A stretch of DNA of 64,000 bases, from the NCBI GenBank assembly GCA_963781885.1, contig CAWAHW010000004.1, positions 192,001 to 256,000 of the forward strand, in the 5' to 3' direction. A program made the position numbers and the translations under genes. Source of the stretch: an uncultured Spirochaetota bacterium. Lineage in GTDB: Bacteria > Spirochaetota > Spirochaetia > SZUA-6 > Fen-1364. This document shows, in pieces, positions 1 to 12,223 of this stretch. Each line of letters opens with the position of its first letter. Position 1 is the stretch's first letter. Below the pieces are notes generated by a model. The model saw only the letters and a program-made list of their open reading frames with translations. It ran no database searches and had not been told where the DNA came from.

Positions 1-1775
1 AAACCCGGCTCCGACTTGCGCCGCGAGTACAGCTCCAGGAGCCCCTGCGCGAGCTCCTCCACGGCCTTTTTCGCCTTTTCCTTGCGCTTCGCCCAGCCCT
101 TGCCGCCCAGGCTGTCGAGGCCCGGTTTCCTGCCCTCCTGCCCGATATAGCGCTGGATGAGGTTGACCTGCTCGATGGGGATGAAAAGCTTTTCCCCGTC
201 GGCGTATTCCAGCGTGATGTAGTCGCGCTCGTTGCTCGCCGCCGATATCCGCTCGATGCCGAGAAAGACCCCGATCCCGTAGTTCACGTGCACGACGAAG
301 TCGCCGGGCGTGAGCTCGACGAAACTTTCGATGGCGGAGCTGCGCGCGGAGCCGACCGAGCGCGGGATGCGGCGCTTGCGGCCGAATATCTCCGCCTCCT
401 GGATCACCAGTATCTTTTCAGCAGGGAGCGAGAAGCCCGCCGAGATGCTCTGCGGCAGGATGGCGACCGGAAGGTCCTTGAGGATGTGCCGCAGCCTCTC
501 GGCCTGCACGTCGTAGACGGCGAAGATGAAGACCTGGTACCCGTTGCGAAGCGATGCCTCCACCTCCTCGCGGAAGAAGGCGAAGTTGCCGAAGAACGAC
601 CGCGGGCCGTCGGAAGGCAGGCTGTAGGAATGGGCGGCACCCCCCGGTTCCCGCGCGGGCACGGCCGGCCCGGCCGCTGGATGCGGCGCCTCGGAGGCAA
701 CACTTGCCAGCGTGGGAAACTCCACGCGCACGGGCATCCGGTCGCGAAGCTCCTTGAAATCGAGCAGGATCTTCTGCGGTCCGGGCACCACCTGCTTCTT
801 CGATCGGGCGCGGCGAAAAAGCTCCAGGTGCTCCTTGCGCAGGGCGGCGGCATTCGACTCCAGCCGGTCACCGTCCACCAGGAAGATGCCCGCGCCGGGG
901 GAAAGGTAGTCCAGGAGGGAGTACGCGCGGTTGAAACACAGCGGGTAGAAAAGCTCGATGCCGCCCAGCTCGGGGTCGTCGAGCAGCGCCGCCGTTTTCT
1001 GCTCAATTTCCTTTTCTCCGAAGCCCTGGGCGGAAAGCCCTGCCCGGACGGCCTCAATCATGTCCGGGCCGATGCCCACCTCCCGGCAGGGGGCGATGCG
1101 CGCGCTATCCCTGCTGCCCGTGGAGCCCTGGTCCAGCGGATCGAAGCTGCGTATCGCGGTGACCTCGTCGAAATCCAGCAGGATGCGCAGCGCCTGCTCC
1201 TGGCCCGGCACGAACACGTCGATCACTTCCCCGCGCACGGCAAACTCGCCGTGGACCGTGACGGTGGGCACCCTGAGATAGCCCGCCTGCGCGAGGCGGT
1301 CCGCGGTCTTCTGGGGATCGAGGCGCTCGCCTCTGGTCACGGTGAAGCTGCGCGACGCGAGGTAGGCGGGGTCCGGCACGGGAGTGAGGAGGGCGCGCAA
1401 CGGCGCCACGACGAGGATCGGCGCGCCTTCCATGAGCAGGGAAAGGATCTGCACACGGTCGCCGAATATCGAGGCAAGCGGGCTCGCCCCTTCGTAGGGT
1501 GCGGTGCCCCACCACGGGAAAAGCCAGGCAGGCCGGGCCTCAAAGGCCTCCGCGTCCTGGACGATGTTCTCCGCTTCCCGCTCGGTGGGCGTTACCACGA
1601 GGCACGCTTTGGAGAGCCGCTCGTGGAGCGTGGCGAGCACGAGCGAGAGGTAGGCGCCCTTGGGACCGATCACCTCCACGGGGCCGGCACCCTTCTCCAA
1701 CGTGCCGAGGATGCCCGCGAGGGCACCGGACTTCGCGAAGTGGCGGTCGGTCTGTTTTCGGAACAAGTTTGCCAT
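1..1775 (-). CDS. mfd: Transcription-repair coupling factor Mfd, N-terminal part (runs off window edge)
   Basis: Manual minus-strand translation from ATG at 1775 gives the CarD/TRCF motif PGDFVVHVNYGIGVFLGIE...YITLEYADGEKLFIPIEQVNLIQRYIG and a UvrB-like GEFAVRGEVIDVF. Absent from the ORF track because it has no stop in the window. Confidence 0.93.
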   Translation of the reverse strand, partial: MANLFRKQTDRHFAKSGALAGILGTLEKGAGPVEVIGPKGAYLSLVLATLHERLSKACLVVTPTEREAENIVQDAEAFEARPAWLFPWWGTAPYEGASPLASIFGDRVQILSLLMEGAPILVVAPLRALLTPVPDPAYLASRSFTVTRGERLDPQKTADRLAQAGYLRVPTVTVHGEFAVRGEVIDVFVPGQEQALRILLDFDEVTAIRSFDPLDQGSTGSRDSARIAPCREVGIGPDMIEAVRAGLSAQGFGEKEIEQKTAALLDDPELGGIELFYPLCFNRAYSLLDYLSPGAGIFLVDGDRLESNAAALRKEHLELFRRARSKKQVVPGPQKILLDFKELRDRMPVRVEFPTLASVASEAPHPAAGPAVPAREPGGAAHSYSLPSDGPRSFFGNFAFFREEVEASLRNGYQVFIFAVYDVQAERLRHILKDLPVAILPQSISAGFSLPAEKILVIQEAEIFGRKRRIPRSVGSARSSAIESFVELTPGDFVVHVNYGIGVFLGIERISAASNERDYITLEYADGEKLFIPIEQVNLIQRYIGQEGRKPGLDSLGGKGWAKRKEKAKKAVEELAQGLLELYSRRKSEPG

Positions 1776-1811
1776 CGATTCTACCGAAAATAATACGGGG
1801 GAGTATATTTC

Positions 1812-2750
1812 GTGAGAAAGACAATCACCGTGTTCCTCTTGCTCGTCTCATGCACCGTCTGGGCGGCGAGCCAGGATACGCAAGCGTTCAGCATCCGGTT
1901 CTTCGATCAGAAGGTCTACTTCCTCGGCGACCCGATCCAGGTCGAGGCGGTCATCACCAACACCGGGACCGACACGCTGCGCTTCAAGGTGTCCGACAAC
2001 CGCGTGTACAACCTCGACTTCGACGTGCGCACGACCACGAACATCGGCCTGCAGCACGCGAAGCAATTTACCATAGCGCGCAACACGGATCAACCGGTGT
2101 TCTTCCGTGAGATGAGCCTCGAGCCCGGTGAGAAGTACGGCATCGTCGTGGACCTCACCGCGTATGCCGAGGTCGCCTCGGCCGGGCAGTACGTCCTCCA
2201 GGCCTCCTTCTTCCCCGACCTGTTCCAGGGACCCGATTCGGCCAGCATGAAATCCAACCGCCTGTCGTTGAACGTGAAGCCCGCCGTGGCCACCGCGGAG
2301 GAGAAGGCGGTGGTGGAGGCGGAAACGGGCGCGCTCATCGCGCGGCAGACGCTCCCGCCGGACGAAGTGGTGAGCTATACGATCAACGCGCGCCAGAAGA
2401 GCCAGTGGGAGAAGTTCTATCTCTACCTCGACCTCGAATCCCTGATGCGAAAGAATCCCGACGCGGACAGGAGCTGGCGCAACGCCACCGAAGACGCGCA
2501 GATGAAGATGCTGGACAGTTTCCGCGCGCAGCTCCGCCAGACGCAGATCCGCCAGGAGATCAGCGTCATCCCGACCTCTTTCGCGGTGCAGAAAACGACA
2601 TATGACCAGTCACAGGCCACCGTGGAAGTGCTGGAAAAATTCAAGTACCCCGACTACACCGAGCTCAAGGACTATACGTACCTCTTGAAGAAGAGCGACG
2701 GCTACTGGATAATCTATGACTACGAGATCAGGAATCAGGGTACCGAGTAG
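1812..2750 (+). CDS. Secreted hypothetical protein (Ig-like N-terminal region, helical C-terminal region)
   Basis: 312-aa ORF with signal peptide MRKTITVFLLLVSCTVWA and typical codon usage; divergent from mfd. Confidence 0.8.
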   Translation: MRKTITVFLLLVSCTVWAASQDTQAFSIRFFDQKVYFLGDPIQVEAVITNTGTDTLRFKVSDNRVYNLDFDVRTTTNIGLQHAKQFTIARNTDQPVFFREMSLEPGEKYGIVVDLTAYAEVASAGQYVLQASFFPDLFQGPDSASMKSNRLSLNVKPAVATAEEKAVVEAETGALIARQTLPPDEVVSYTINARQKSQWEKFYLYLDLESLMRKNPDADRSWRNATEDAQMKMLDSFRAQLRQTQIRQEISVIPTSFAVQKTTYDQSQATVEVLEKFKYPDYTELKDYTYLLKKSDGYWIIYDYEIRNQGTE

Positions 2751-3491
2751 ATGAAGATGATCCTCGTGGCGGCCCACGACACGTACGTGTCGGCGCTGGG
2801 CTACCACCTGAAGCCTCTGGGATTCACACTCGAGCATCGCACGGACCCCGTCGACGTGATCGAGCACATCGACGAGCTGGATCCCCAGGCGATCCTCTTC
2901 AACACGTCCGACTTCCCGCGGCATTGGAAGCCCCTCCTCAAGCTCGTGAGGGAGAAGAAGGCGCGGGAGGACCTCATTTTCCTCCTGGTCGCCCCGGAAG
3001 GCTTCGAGATGGAAGACGCCGCGAAGGCCGCGCACCTCGGGGCAAACGCCATCCTCAAGGAAAATCTCGCTGACAAGAAAGAGCTCTACCGCATCGAGGA
3101 GATCGTCCGCCGCTACCGGTCCGTGCAGGACAAGCGTAGCTTCACGCGGCTGGTGCCGCAGGAGCCCACCGAGCTGGGCATTGCCTTCACCCATCCGAAG
3201 CGTCTCTGCCTGGTCATGGGGCGCATCCGCGAGATCTCCATCCAGGGATCGAGCTTCCTGCCGTCCAACAGCTCCGCCGTGGCCGATCTTTCGGTGGGCA
3301 CGGAGCTGAAGGACTGCTCCCTGAAGTTCGAGGACCAGATCATCAGTGTGAGCTGCAAGGTGACACGAAACCGGGAGGAGCTGGGTCTCCAGTTCCTCTC
3401 ATTCGAAGAAGGCGGGCACCACGCCCTGCTGAAATACATCCAGTCCCGCGCCGAGCGGGCGCTGAAGAGCGCGACGGCCCGCAAGGCCTGA
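2751..3491 (+). CDS. Receiver-like plus PilZ domain protein
   Basis: N-terminal CheY-like pattern; PilZ-type RxxxR (KRSFTR) and variant D/NxSxxG (EISIQG) motifs; C-terminal LGLQF. Confidence 0.75.
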   Translation: MKMILVAAHDTYVSALGYHLKPLGFTLEHRTDPVDVIEHIDELDPQAILFNTSDFPRHWKPLLKLVREKKAREDLIFLLVAPEGFEMEDAAKAAHLGANAILKENLADKKELYRIEEIVRRYRSVQDKRSFTRLVPQEPTELGIAFTHPKRLCLVMGRIREISIQGSSFLPSNSSAVADLSVGTELKDCSLKFEDQIISVSCKVTRNREELGLQFLSFEEGGHHALLKYIQSRAERALKSATARKA

Positions 3492-3523
3492 GGAGCGGCT
3501 CCCCGCGGCAGGGCGGGCGCGCA

Positions 3524-5353
<1,830 letters not shown>

Positions 5354-5358
5354 GTCTG

Positions 5359-5610
5359 TTATCCTTTCGCGGCGCTGCGCGGACATCGCGGCACGTGCGC
5401 CCGAGCGCCCTCATAACTCCCCGTTGCCCCGTCTGCGCCATGCACGACGGCGAGCCCCTTTTCAGCGAGCTCCGCGAGAAGAACCGGGCGGTGGTTGCGG
5501 GAGCCCCAGCATCCCGGGCAGACGCCGACGGTCGAAAGCTCACCCGTACGCCGGTTGCGCACGCTGATGAACGCCCTTCCCTCCTGCACTGCCTGGACCC
5601 TCTGGCTCAT
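5359..5610 (-). CDS. Small hypothetical protein (83 aa) with CPGC motif
   Basis: GGGAG RBS before ATG 5610; stop lies 5 nt before the ftsH start. Confidence 0.55.
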   Translation of the reverse strand: MSQRVQAVQEGRAFISVRNRRTGELSTVGVCPGCWGSRNHRPVLLAELAEKGLAVVHGADGATGSYEGARAHVPRCPRSAAKG

Positions 5611-5684
5611 CGTTGCTCCCGCAGTCAATGTACAGATTGGCACCGCCTAAAACAAGCGAGCCGGTTTTCGGGTTGAAGCCTGAA

Positions 5685-5712
5685 TTGACACTGCCGGCCG
5701 CGTGGGTATAGT
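5685..5712 (+). promoter_or_regulatory. Sigma70-type promoter for trpS-pfk
   Basis: TTGACA-16 nt-TATAGT followed by GAGGAGG RBS. Confidence 0.65.
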
Positions 5713-5732
5713 GAAGCCCTGAGGAGGAACGC

Positions 5733-6716
5733 GTGAAGGTCCTGTTTACCGGCATCCAGCCGACCGGCGACATCCACCTGGGCAACTACTTCGGCGCCAT
5801 CGCCAACTGGGTGCGGATGCAGCACGAGTACACCACCTACATCTCCGTGGTGGACCTGCACGCGCTCACCATCCCCTATGAGGCGGCGGACCTGCCGCAC
5901 CGCGTCACGGATCTTGCCCTGACGCTCTACGCCTGCGGCATCGAGATGGACAAGGCCGTCTTGTTCGTGCAATCCGAGGTCTCGGGGCATTCGGAGCTCA
6001 CCTGGATATTCAACACCATCACGCCCCTGGGAGAGCTCGAGCGCATGACGCAATTCAAGGACAAGCGGGAGCAGTTCCGTGCGTCGGTGAATGTCGGGCT
6101 CCTGGACTATCCCGTCCTGCAGGCTGCCGACATCCTGCTCTACAAGGGTGAGGTCGTGCCCGTCGGCGAGGACCAGGTGCAGCACGTGGAGTTCACGCGC
6201 GAGGTGGCGCGCCATTTCAACGGCCGCTTCGGGGACACGTTCCCAGAATGCCAGGCCCTCCTCACCGCCACGCCGCGCGTGCTCGGACTGGACGGCGACT
6301 CCAAGATGAGCAAGAGCAAGGGCAACACCATCGGCATCCTGGAGACGGCGGAGCAGATATGGGCAAAGGTGGGGCCTGCGAAGACCGATCCCGCGCGCGT
6401 GCGGCGCACGGATCCGGGCACACCGGAGAAGTGCACGATCTGGTCGTATCATCTGCTGGTCACCCCGGAGGCAGAGCGCGCCGAGATCCACAAGGGCTGC
6501 ACGACCGCGGGCATTGGGTGCATCGACTGCAAGAAGCGTTTCCAGGCAAATCTCATGAAGGTGCTCGACCCGATACGGGAGAAGCACGCGGAGCTCTCGG
6601 GCAGCCGGCGGAAAGAGGCGGTGGAGCGGCTGGACGCCAACGCGGAGAAATGCCGCGCGGTCGCGGCGCGGACAATGGCCGAGGTCAGGGAGAAGACGGG
6701 CCTGAAGAGGGAATAG
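5733..6716 (+). CDS. trpS: Tryptophanyl-tRNA synthetase
   Basis: TGIQPTG-HLGN (HIGH), YPVLQAADILLY, VPVGEDQ, KMSKS. Confidence 0.97.
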   Translation: MKVLFTGIQPTGDIHLGNYFGAIANWVRMQHEYTTYISVVDLHALTIPYEAADLPHRVTDLALTLYACGIEMDKAVLFVQSEVSGHSELTWIFNTITPLGELERMTQFKDKREQFRASVNVGLLDYPVLQAADILLYKGEVVPVGEDQVQHVEFTREVARHFNGRFGDTFPECQALLTATPRVLGLDGDSKMSKSKGNTIGILETAEQIWAKVGPAKTDPARVRRTDPGTPEKCTIWSYHLLVTPEAERAEIHKGCTTAGIGCIDCKKRFQANLMKVLDPIREKHAELSGSRRKEAVERLDANAEKCRAVAARTMAEVREKTGLKRE

Positions 6717-6717
6717 C

Positions 6718-8058
6718 ATGAAAGAAGAAACGGGCTTCGGACCGGAAGACCTGAAGGTCGATTCACTCGGCGAGCCGAAATTCCCCTCCCCGCTGGCTCT
6801 GGGAGCAGCCGACGCGGAAGAATCGGCCAACTACATCTCTGACGAGCGCACCGTGCTCTACGACATCGACCGTCAAACGCTCGTCGCGCGGGTCCGCGAA
6901 GGCAAGGACATTCCAGCATTCGAGCTGGCGGGTCCCCGGCGAAACATCTTCTTCGATCCCACCCGCGTGAAAGCCGCAATCGTCACTTGCGGCGGCCTCT
7001 GCCCGGGCATCAACAACGTGATCCGCACGCTCGTCTTCGAGCTGTACTACCGCTACGGCGTGCGCTCCGTGCTGGGCATCCGCTACGGCTACCGGGGCTT
7101 CATCCCCAAGTACGGGTATGAGCCTCTTGCGCTGAGCCCCGAGGACGTGAAGGACATCCACGAGCGCGGGGGAAGCGCCCTCTCCTCCTCCCGCGGAGAG
7201 CAGGACGCGGGAGAGATCGTGGACTTCCTCCAGCGCAAGGGCGTTTCGCTTCTCTTCACCATTGGCGGTGACGGGACGCTTCGAGGAGCTCACGCCATCT
7301 ACCAGGAGATCAGGAAGCGCGGCCTCCACATCTCCGTCATCGGGATCCCGAAAACCATCGACAATGACATCGCGTTCGTGGAAAGGACCTTCGGTCTTGA
7401 GACCGCGTTCTCAATCGCCGCGGAATCCATCCGCAGCGCCCATACGGAAGCAATCGGCGCACCCAACGGCATCGGGATCGTCAAGGTCATGGGGCGCATG
7501 TCCGGCTACATCGCCGCGAACGCCGCCCTGGCCATGAACGAAGTGAACTTCTGCCTGATCCCGGAAGTCTCATTCGGCATGGAGGGCAGTTTCGGTCTTT
7601 TTGCCCTCACGGAACAGCGCCTGCGCCAGCGGGACCACGCCGTCATCATCGTGGCGGAAGGCGCCGGCCAGGAGCTTGCAAAGGACACGACCGGGAAAAA
7701 GGACGAATCGGGCAACCCCGTCCTCGGCGACATCGGCCTCTACCTGAAGGATTCCATCAAGAAGTACTTCAAGGAGCATACGGACCTGTACGTGAACATC
7801 AAGTACATCGACCCCAGCTACATGGTGCGCTCCGTGCCGGCCAACGCGCATGACTCCATCTTCTGCATCCAGCTCGCCCAGAACGCCGTCCACGCCGGCA
7901 TGGCGGGCAAGACCGGGGCGATCATCGGCCAGTGGAACGGCAAGTTCACGCACGTGCCCATCGCCCTGGCCACCTCCCGGCGCAATGTGCTCTCCCCGGA
8001 CGATCCGCTGTGGCTCTCCGTGCTGGAATCGACCGGCCAGCCCTACCGCATCGGCTGA
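6718..8058 (+). CDS. pfkA: ATP-dependent 6-phosphofructokinase (long, clade X type)
   Basis: TCGGLCPG, GGDG, PKTIDND, MGR and YIDPSY motifs. Confidence 0.92.
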   Translation: MKEETGFGPEDLKVDSLGEPKFPSPLALGAADAEESANYISDERTVLYDIDRQTLVARVREGKDIPAFELAGPRRNIFFDPTRVKAAIVTCGGLCPGINNVIRTLVFELYYRYGVRSVLGIRYGYRGFIPKYGYEPLALSPEDVKDIHERGGSALSSSRGEQDAGEIVDFLQRKGVSLLFTIGGDGTLRGAHAIYQEIRKRGLHISVIGIPKTIDNDIAFVERTFGLETAFSIAAESIRSAHTEAIGAPNGIGIVKVMGRMSGYIAANAALAMNEVNFCLIPEVSFGMEGSFGLFALTEQRLRQRDHAVIIVAEGAGQELAKDTTGKKDESGNPVLGDIGLYLKDSIKKYFKEHTDLYVNIKYIDPSYMVRSVPANAHDSIFCIQLAQNAVHAGMAGKTGAIIGQWNGKFTHVPIALATSRRNVLSPDDPLWLSVLESTGQPYRIG

Positions 8059-8067
8059 TCCTGTCGC

Positions 8068-8096
8068 TTGACGGGCGTGCCCCGCTCAGCTACTAT
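8068..8096 (+). promoter_or_regulatory. Sigma70-type promoter for metK
   Basis: TTGACG-17 nt-TACTAT. Confidence 0.65.
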
Positions 8097-8115
8097 GCCC
8101 CTTGGATCGTTCATC

Positions 8116-8166
8116 CCGTGGAGTGATTTGCGGCCTATTGCAACCACGTAAAAAAGTGCTAAAAAA
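8116..8166 (+). ncRNA. SAM-II-like riboswitch aptamer
   Basis: P1 CGTGG(8117-21)/CCACG(8144-48), internal TGATTT and TTGCAA, A-rich linker, then GCTAAAA; lies in the metK 5' UTR. Confidence 0.75.
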
Positions 8167-8235
8167 CCAGGACCGCTTCCAGAAGCCCGCCTGCGTTTTT
8201 TAGACACCGTTCCATCATCCAGGAGGGTGTTTTCA

Positions 8236-9396
8236 GTGAGCCAGAGAAAAGATTATGTCTTCACGTCCGAAAGCGTCGGCGAGGGCCATCCGGACAAGGT
8301 CTGCGACCAAATCTCGGATGCCGTCCTCGACGAGGCGCTGCGCCAGGACCCCACGTCCCACGTCGCCTGTGAGAGCTTCACCACGACGGGCCTCGTCCTT
8401 GTCGGAGGGGAGATCACCACGACCGGCTACATCGACCTTCCCGTGCTCGTGCGCGGCGTGCTCAAGGGTATCGGGTACACGGACCCGTCCTACGGAATCG
8501 ACTTCGAATCCTGCTCCGTCATCTCCACCATCCAGAGGCAGTCCCCCGACATCGCCCAGGGGGTGAACGGCACGGGCCTCCACCACGAGATGGGCGCCGG
8601 CGACCAGGGTATGATGTTCGGCTACGCCTGCACGGAGATGCCCAACCTCATGCCGGCCCCGATCAGCCTCGCCCACAGCATCATGCGCACCGCGTCGGTT
8701 GCCCGCAAGAACGGCACGCTGTCCTTCCTGCGGCCCGACGGCAAGTGCCAGGTGACGGTGCAGTACATCGACGGCAAGCCCGCGCACGTGACGACGGTCG
8801 TCCTCTCTCACCAGCATTCTGAGGAGATCGGCCACAAGGAGCTGGAAGAATCCCTCATCGAGACGGTGATCAAGAAGTCCATCCCCGCCTCGCTCCTCAA
8901 CGGCAAGACCGTGTACCACATCAATCCGACGGGGCGCTTCGTGATCGGCGGGCCGCACGGCGACTCGGGCCTCACGGGACGAAAGATCATCGTCGACACC
9001 TACGGCGGCATGTCGCGCCATGGCGGCGGCGCCTTCTCCGGCAAGGACCCGTCCAAGGTGGACCGTTCGGCATCATACATGGCCCGCTACGTTGCAAAGA
9101 ACGTCGTGGCCGCGGGCCTCTGCGAGCGCTGCGAGGTGCAGGTGGCTTACGCCATCGGCATCGCCAAGCCCGTCTCCCTTTACGTCTCCACGTTCGAAAC
9201 GGGCAAGGTGCCTGATGAGAAAATCGAAAAGGCGGTCGCCGAGGTATTCGACCTTACCCCGCAGGGCATCATCACGACGCTTGACCTCCTGCGCCCGATC
9301 TACCGCGAGACCTCCAACTACGGCCACTTCGGCCGTGAAGGCTTCTCCTGGGAGAAGACCGACAAGGTGGAGGCCTTGAAGGCAAGGCTGGGCTGA
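8236..9396 (+). CDS. metK: S-adenosylmethionine synthetase
   Basis: [35 protein letters not shown]; GTG 8236 is correctly spaced from AGGAGG. Confidence 0.98.
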   Translation: MSQRKDYVFTSESVGEGHPDKVCDQISDAVLDEALRQDPTSHVACESFTTTGLVLVGGEITTTGYIDLPVLVRGVLKGIGYTDPSYGIDFESCSVISTIQRQSPDIAQGVNGTGLHHEMGAGDQGMMFGYACTEMPNLMPAPISLAHSIMRTASVARKNGTLSFLRPDGKCQVTVQYIDGKPAHVTTVVLSHQHSEEIGHKELEESLIETVIKKSIPASLLNGKTVYHINPTGRFVIGGPHGDSGLTGRKIIVDTYGGMSRHGGGAFSGKDPSKVDRSASYMARYVAKNVVAAGLCERCEVQVAYAIGIAKPVSLYVSTFETGKVPDEKIEKAVAEVFDLTPQGIITTLDLLRPIYRETSNYGHFGREGFSWEKTDKVEALKARLG

Positions 9397-10394
9397 TGGA
9401 AGCAGCGGCAGGGCAGGCGCTCTGGTATGCAACCCGTCCTGACGGGAAAGCGGCCTGCCTGCTCTGCCCGCATGCCTGCGTCATCGCCGAAGGAAAGCAC
9501 GGTGTCTGCGGCGTGCGCTTCAACCAGGGAGGCCGGTTGGCGCTCCCGTTCTACGGCCGCGTCTCATCGCTCGCCGTCGATCCCATCGAAAAAAAGCCGC
9601 TCTATCATTTCCACCCCGGGGCGCGCATCCTTTCGGCGGGTTTTGTCGGGTGCTCGTTCCGCTGCGGGTTCTGCCAGAACTGGCACATCTCCCAGGGAAC
9701 CGATGCGCAGACGCGCTTCATGTCGCCCGCGGACCTGGTCCAGGCGGCGCTCACGGAGCGTTCGTTTGCGCTGGCCTACACCTACTCCGAGCCGCTCATC
9801 CACGCGGAGTATCTCCTGGATGCCGCGCGGCTGGCGCGCGCCGCGGGCCTCAAGAATGTGCTCGTCTCCAATGGGTTCATCAACCCGGGGCCGGCCGATG
9901 AAATCCTCGCCGTCATGGACGCCGCGAATATCGACTTGAAGGCCTGGGACGCCGATTTCTACCGCAAGGAGACCGGCGGAAAGCTGGAGGACGTGCAGCG
10001 CTTCATCAGCCAGGCGGCGGGCTGCATCCACCTCGAGGTGACGACCCTCGTGATCCCCGGCAAGAACGACGACCCGCGGCAGATCGAAGGCATCGCGCGA
10101 TTCATCGCTTCACTCGATCCCGGCATCCCGCTGCACCTTTCCGCGTATCATCCCGATTTCAACTACGATGTCGACCCGACACCGCCGCAGACGGTCCGCA
10201 CGCTCGCCGAGGCGGCGCGGCAGCATCTGCAGTTCGTCTACGTGGGCAACCTCGGCGGAGAGCAATCCGATACCGCCTGCCCCCACTGCGGCGGCCTGCT
10301 GGTGCGGCGCCGGGGCTACGCCGTAACGGTGGAGGGAATACGTGACGGCGCGTGCGCGAAATGCGGCACGCGAAGCCCTATCGTCCTGGCTTGA
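9396..10394 (+). CDS. amrS: AmmeMemoRadiSam system radical SAM enzyme
   Basis: CLLCPHAC, DPIEKKPLYHFHPG, CxxxCxxC (CSFRCGFC)QNWHISQ, C-terminal CxxC pairs. Confidence 0.9.
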   Translation: MEAAAGQALWYATRPDGKAACLLCPHACVIAEGKHGVCGVRFNQGGRLALPFYGRVSSLAVDPIEKKPLYHFHPGARILSAGFVGCSFRCGFCQNWHISQGTDAQTRFMSPADLVQAALTERSFALAYTYSEPLIHAEYLLDAARLARAAGLKNVLVSNGFINPGPADEILAVMDAANIDLKAWDADFYRKETGGKLEDVQRFISQAAGCIHLEVTTLVIPGKNDDPRQIEGIARFIASLDPGIPLHLSAYHPDFNYDVDPTPPQTVRTLAEAARQHLQFVYVGNLGGEQSDTACPHCGGLLVRRRGYAVTVEGIRDGACAKCGTRSPIVLA

Positions 10395-11418
10395 ATCCTT
10401 CCGCCTTGTAGCGGGGGAAGCTCACCGTCCACGATCTGCCCAGTAGCTTCCGCACGCCCCGCGAACCCTCGAGCCGGAACAGCAGAGGCTCCAGGACCGC
10501 CGCCTGCAGCCGTGAAAGATAAACGGCAAGTGCCAGGAAAAGAGCGATCCACGCGGGCACTGACAGGTAGCCGGGCAGCGCGACGAGCGCGGAAAGCCTG
10601 TTCAATCCGATTACGGAGACAACAATTATCGCCACGTTGACCGTGAGGTGGACGACCGTGCGCGGGATGGACATCTGGATCGATTCCCGGGGACACAGGT
10701 TGATGCAGCGGTTGCACCCTTCGCACCTCACGCGCCACAAGGGCCTGCGCGCCTCCCCTTTTCCCGCCAAGACGATGGCCGATGCCGGGCAATCACGGGC
10801 GCAAATGCCACATGCGTTGCAGCGGGCATCCGCGGCGTACAGGGCGCCGAGGAGGTAACGTCCGATCAGTGAATAGATCATCGAAACGGGCCACGAGAGG
10901 ACCGCCATGAGCGTGCCGATGCGCGCACGTCCCGGCACGGAAGCCCCCGCTCCATCGGCGAGCGTCGCGGCGAATCGCGCGGCCTCCGCGTCACCTTCCC
11001 GCGTCATCGACAGGGCAAGGTCTGCGCTCGGTGAAGGCACCACCTGGGTCCAGTTAAACGGGTAGGACACACCCGCCGCGGCGCCAACGCGGAAGCCTTT
11101 CCGTCTCAGGAGCCCGCGCGCCTGCCAGAGCGACGCGAATGGAGCGCCGCCCCACGTCGCGAATGCCGCGGCATTCCTTCCTCTGCCCCGCACGCCGCGG
11201 AGCATTCTGCGCACGAGGGCGGGAATGCCGAAGCCGAGCACGGGAAAGGCCAATACAAAAAGGTCGCCCGTAAAATCGCCTCGAAGGCTCCTATCCCCCC
11301 GTCGAAGCTCCACGAGCCTCACATGCCATCCCCTGCCGCCGAGAACGCCTGCGATTCCATGCGCCGCCCTCCACGTGTTCCCCGTGCCCGTTATGTACGC
11401 AACCGTTGCCTCTTTCAC
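10378..11418 (-). CDS. EFR1-family flavodoxin-ferredoxin fusion with C-terminal TM helices
   Basis: TGTGNT flavodoxin loop, two CxxCxxCxxxCP motifs. Confidence 0.85.
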   Translation of the reverse strand: MKEATVAYITGTGNTWRAAHGIAGVLGGRGWHVRLVELRRGDRSLRGDFTGDLFVLAFPVLGFGIPALVRRMLRGVRGRGRNAAAFATWGGAPFASLWQARGLLRRKGFRVGAAAGVSYPFNWTQVVPSPSADLALSMTREGDAEAARFAATLADGAGASVPGRARIGTLMAVLSWPVSMIYSLIGRYLLGALYAADARCNACGICARDCPASAIVLAGKGEARRPLWRVRCEGCNRCINLCPRESIQMSIPRTVVHLTVNVAIIVVSVIGLNRLSALVALPGYLSVPAWIALFLALAVYLSRLQAAVLEPLLFRLEGSRGVRKLLGRSWTVSFPRYKAEGFKPGR

Positions 11419-12117
11419 GGTCTGTCCCCTTTTTCAAGCGATCCTCGTGCCACGGCCTTCTGCTGGAAGGTCCTTTCGAACACATACGCGCGGTACACGC
11501 GCGCGCTCCGCGTCATCTCTTCCGTGAGGGCGGCGTTCGCTTCGATTCCCAGCCCGCCGATCAGGCGCGCCCGTATCCCCATCTCGTGCTCCACGAGATC
11601 CCGCGCGCAGCGCGCGTAGAAGGTGAAGTCCCTGACCGAAAGCCCCCAGGAGAGGGATTGGGCAAACATCGATGCGATGGCCACGTCCTGCTCGTCGAAA
11701 CTGCTGTCGTTTCGCGGGACAAGGAGTCCGGCCTCCACGAGCGAGCGGAGCGTCGCGGCGCTCAACCCGCTTGTTTGCTGGACCTGTTGCCGCGTATATC
11801 GCGTGCCCTCATCAAGCCCGAAAACCGTGTCGGACAGCGACATCAGGGCCCTGATGTCCTCGGGACGAGCCGCGGACTGCATATACCCCTTTATCTCGGA
11901 CAGCGTGAGCCGCTTCTTTTTCTGGAGCATCCGTATCAGCTGCACGCGCTCGACGCAGTTCTGGCGAGTAAGCGGCGACATTGCGCCCCGTGCGCACGGG
12001 CTCGGGCAGGAGCCCCTGGTCGACGTAGTGGAGAAGCGTCGATCGCGGCAGCCCGGTTGCCTTCATCAGCTCACGCATCTTCAGGCCGGAGGGCCATTTT
12101 TTCGCAGGAGGGTGCAT
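11415..12117 (-). CDS. MerR-family transcriptional regulator (frameshift near 11965)
   Basis: HTH KMRELMKATGLPRSTLLHYVDQGLLPEP in one frame continues as CVERVQLIRMLQ in another; second HTH in the C-terminal half. Confidence 0.8.
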
Positions 12118-12120
12118 GCC

Positions 12121-12152
12121 GGAATGCCAATCGAAAAACGATTTTTTGTCAA
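12121..12152 (-). promoter_or_regulatory. MerR-type promoter/operator
   Basis: Minus-strand TTGACA with long spacer holding the dyad AATCG-N5-CGATT (12129-12143); -10 is weak. Confidence 0.5.
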
Positions 12153-12223
12153 GTGCAACTCTACACTTTGCATTATGAAGGGGCACGAACGACCAGGTGG
12201 GCCGCCCACCAACTCGTCCGGTA

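Noticed and set aside
288-1793. 501-aa plus-strand ORF and similar long antisense ORFs (4064-5416, 27098-28861, 31747-33351, 55770-57146)
   Set aside because: Shadow frames of real opposite-strand genes in GC-rich DNA; no recognisable motifs
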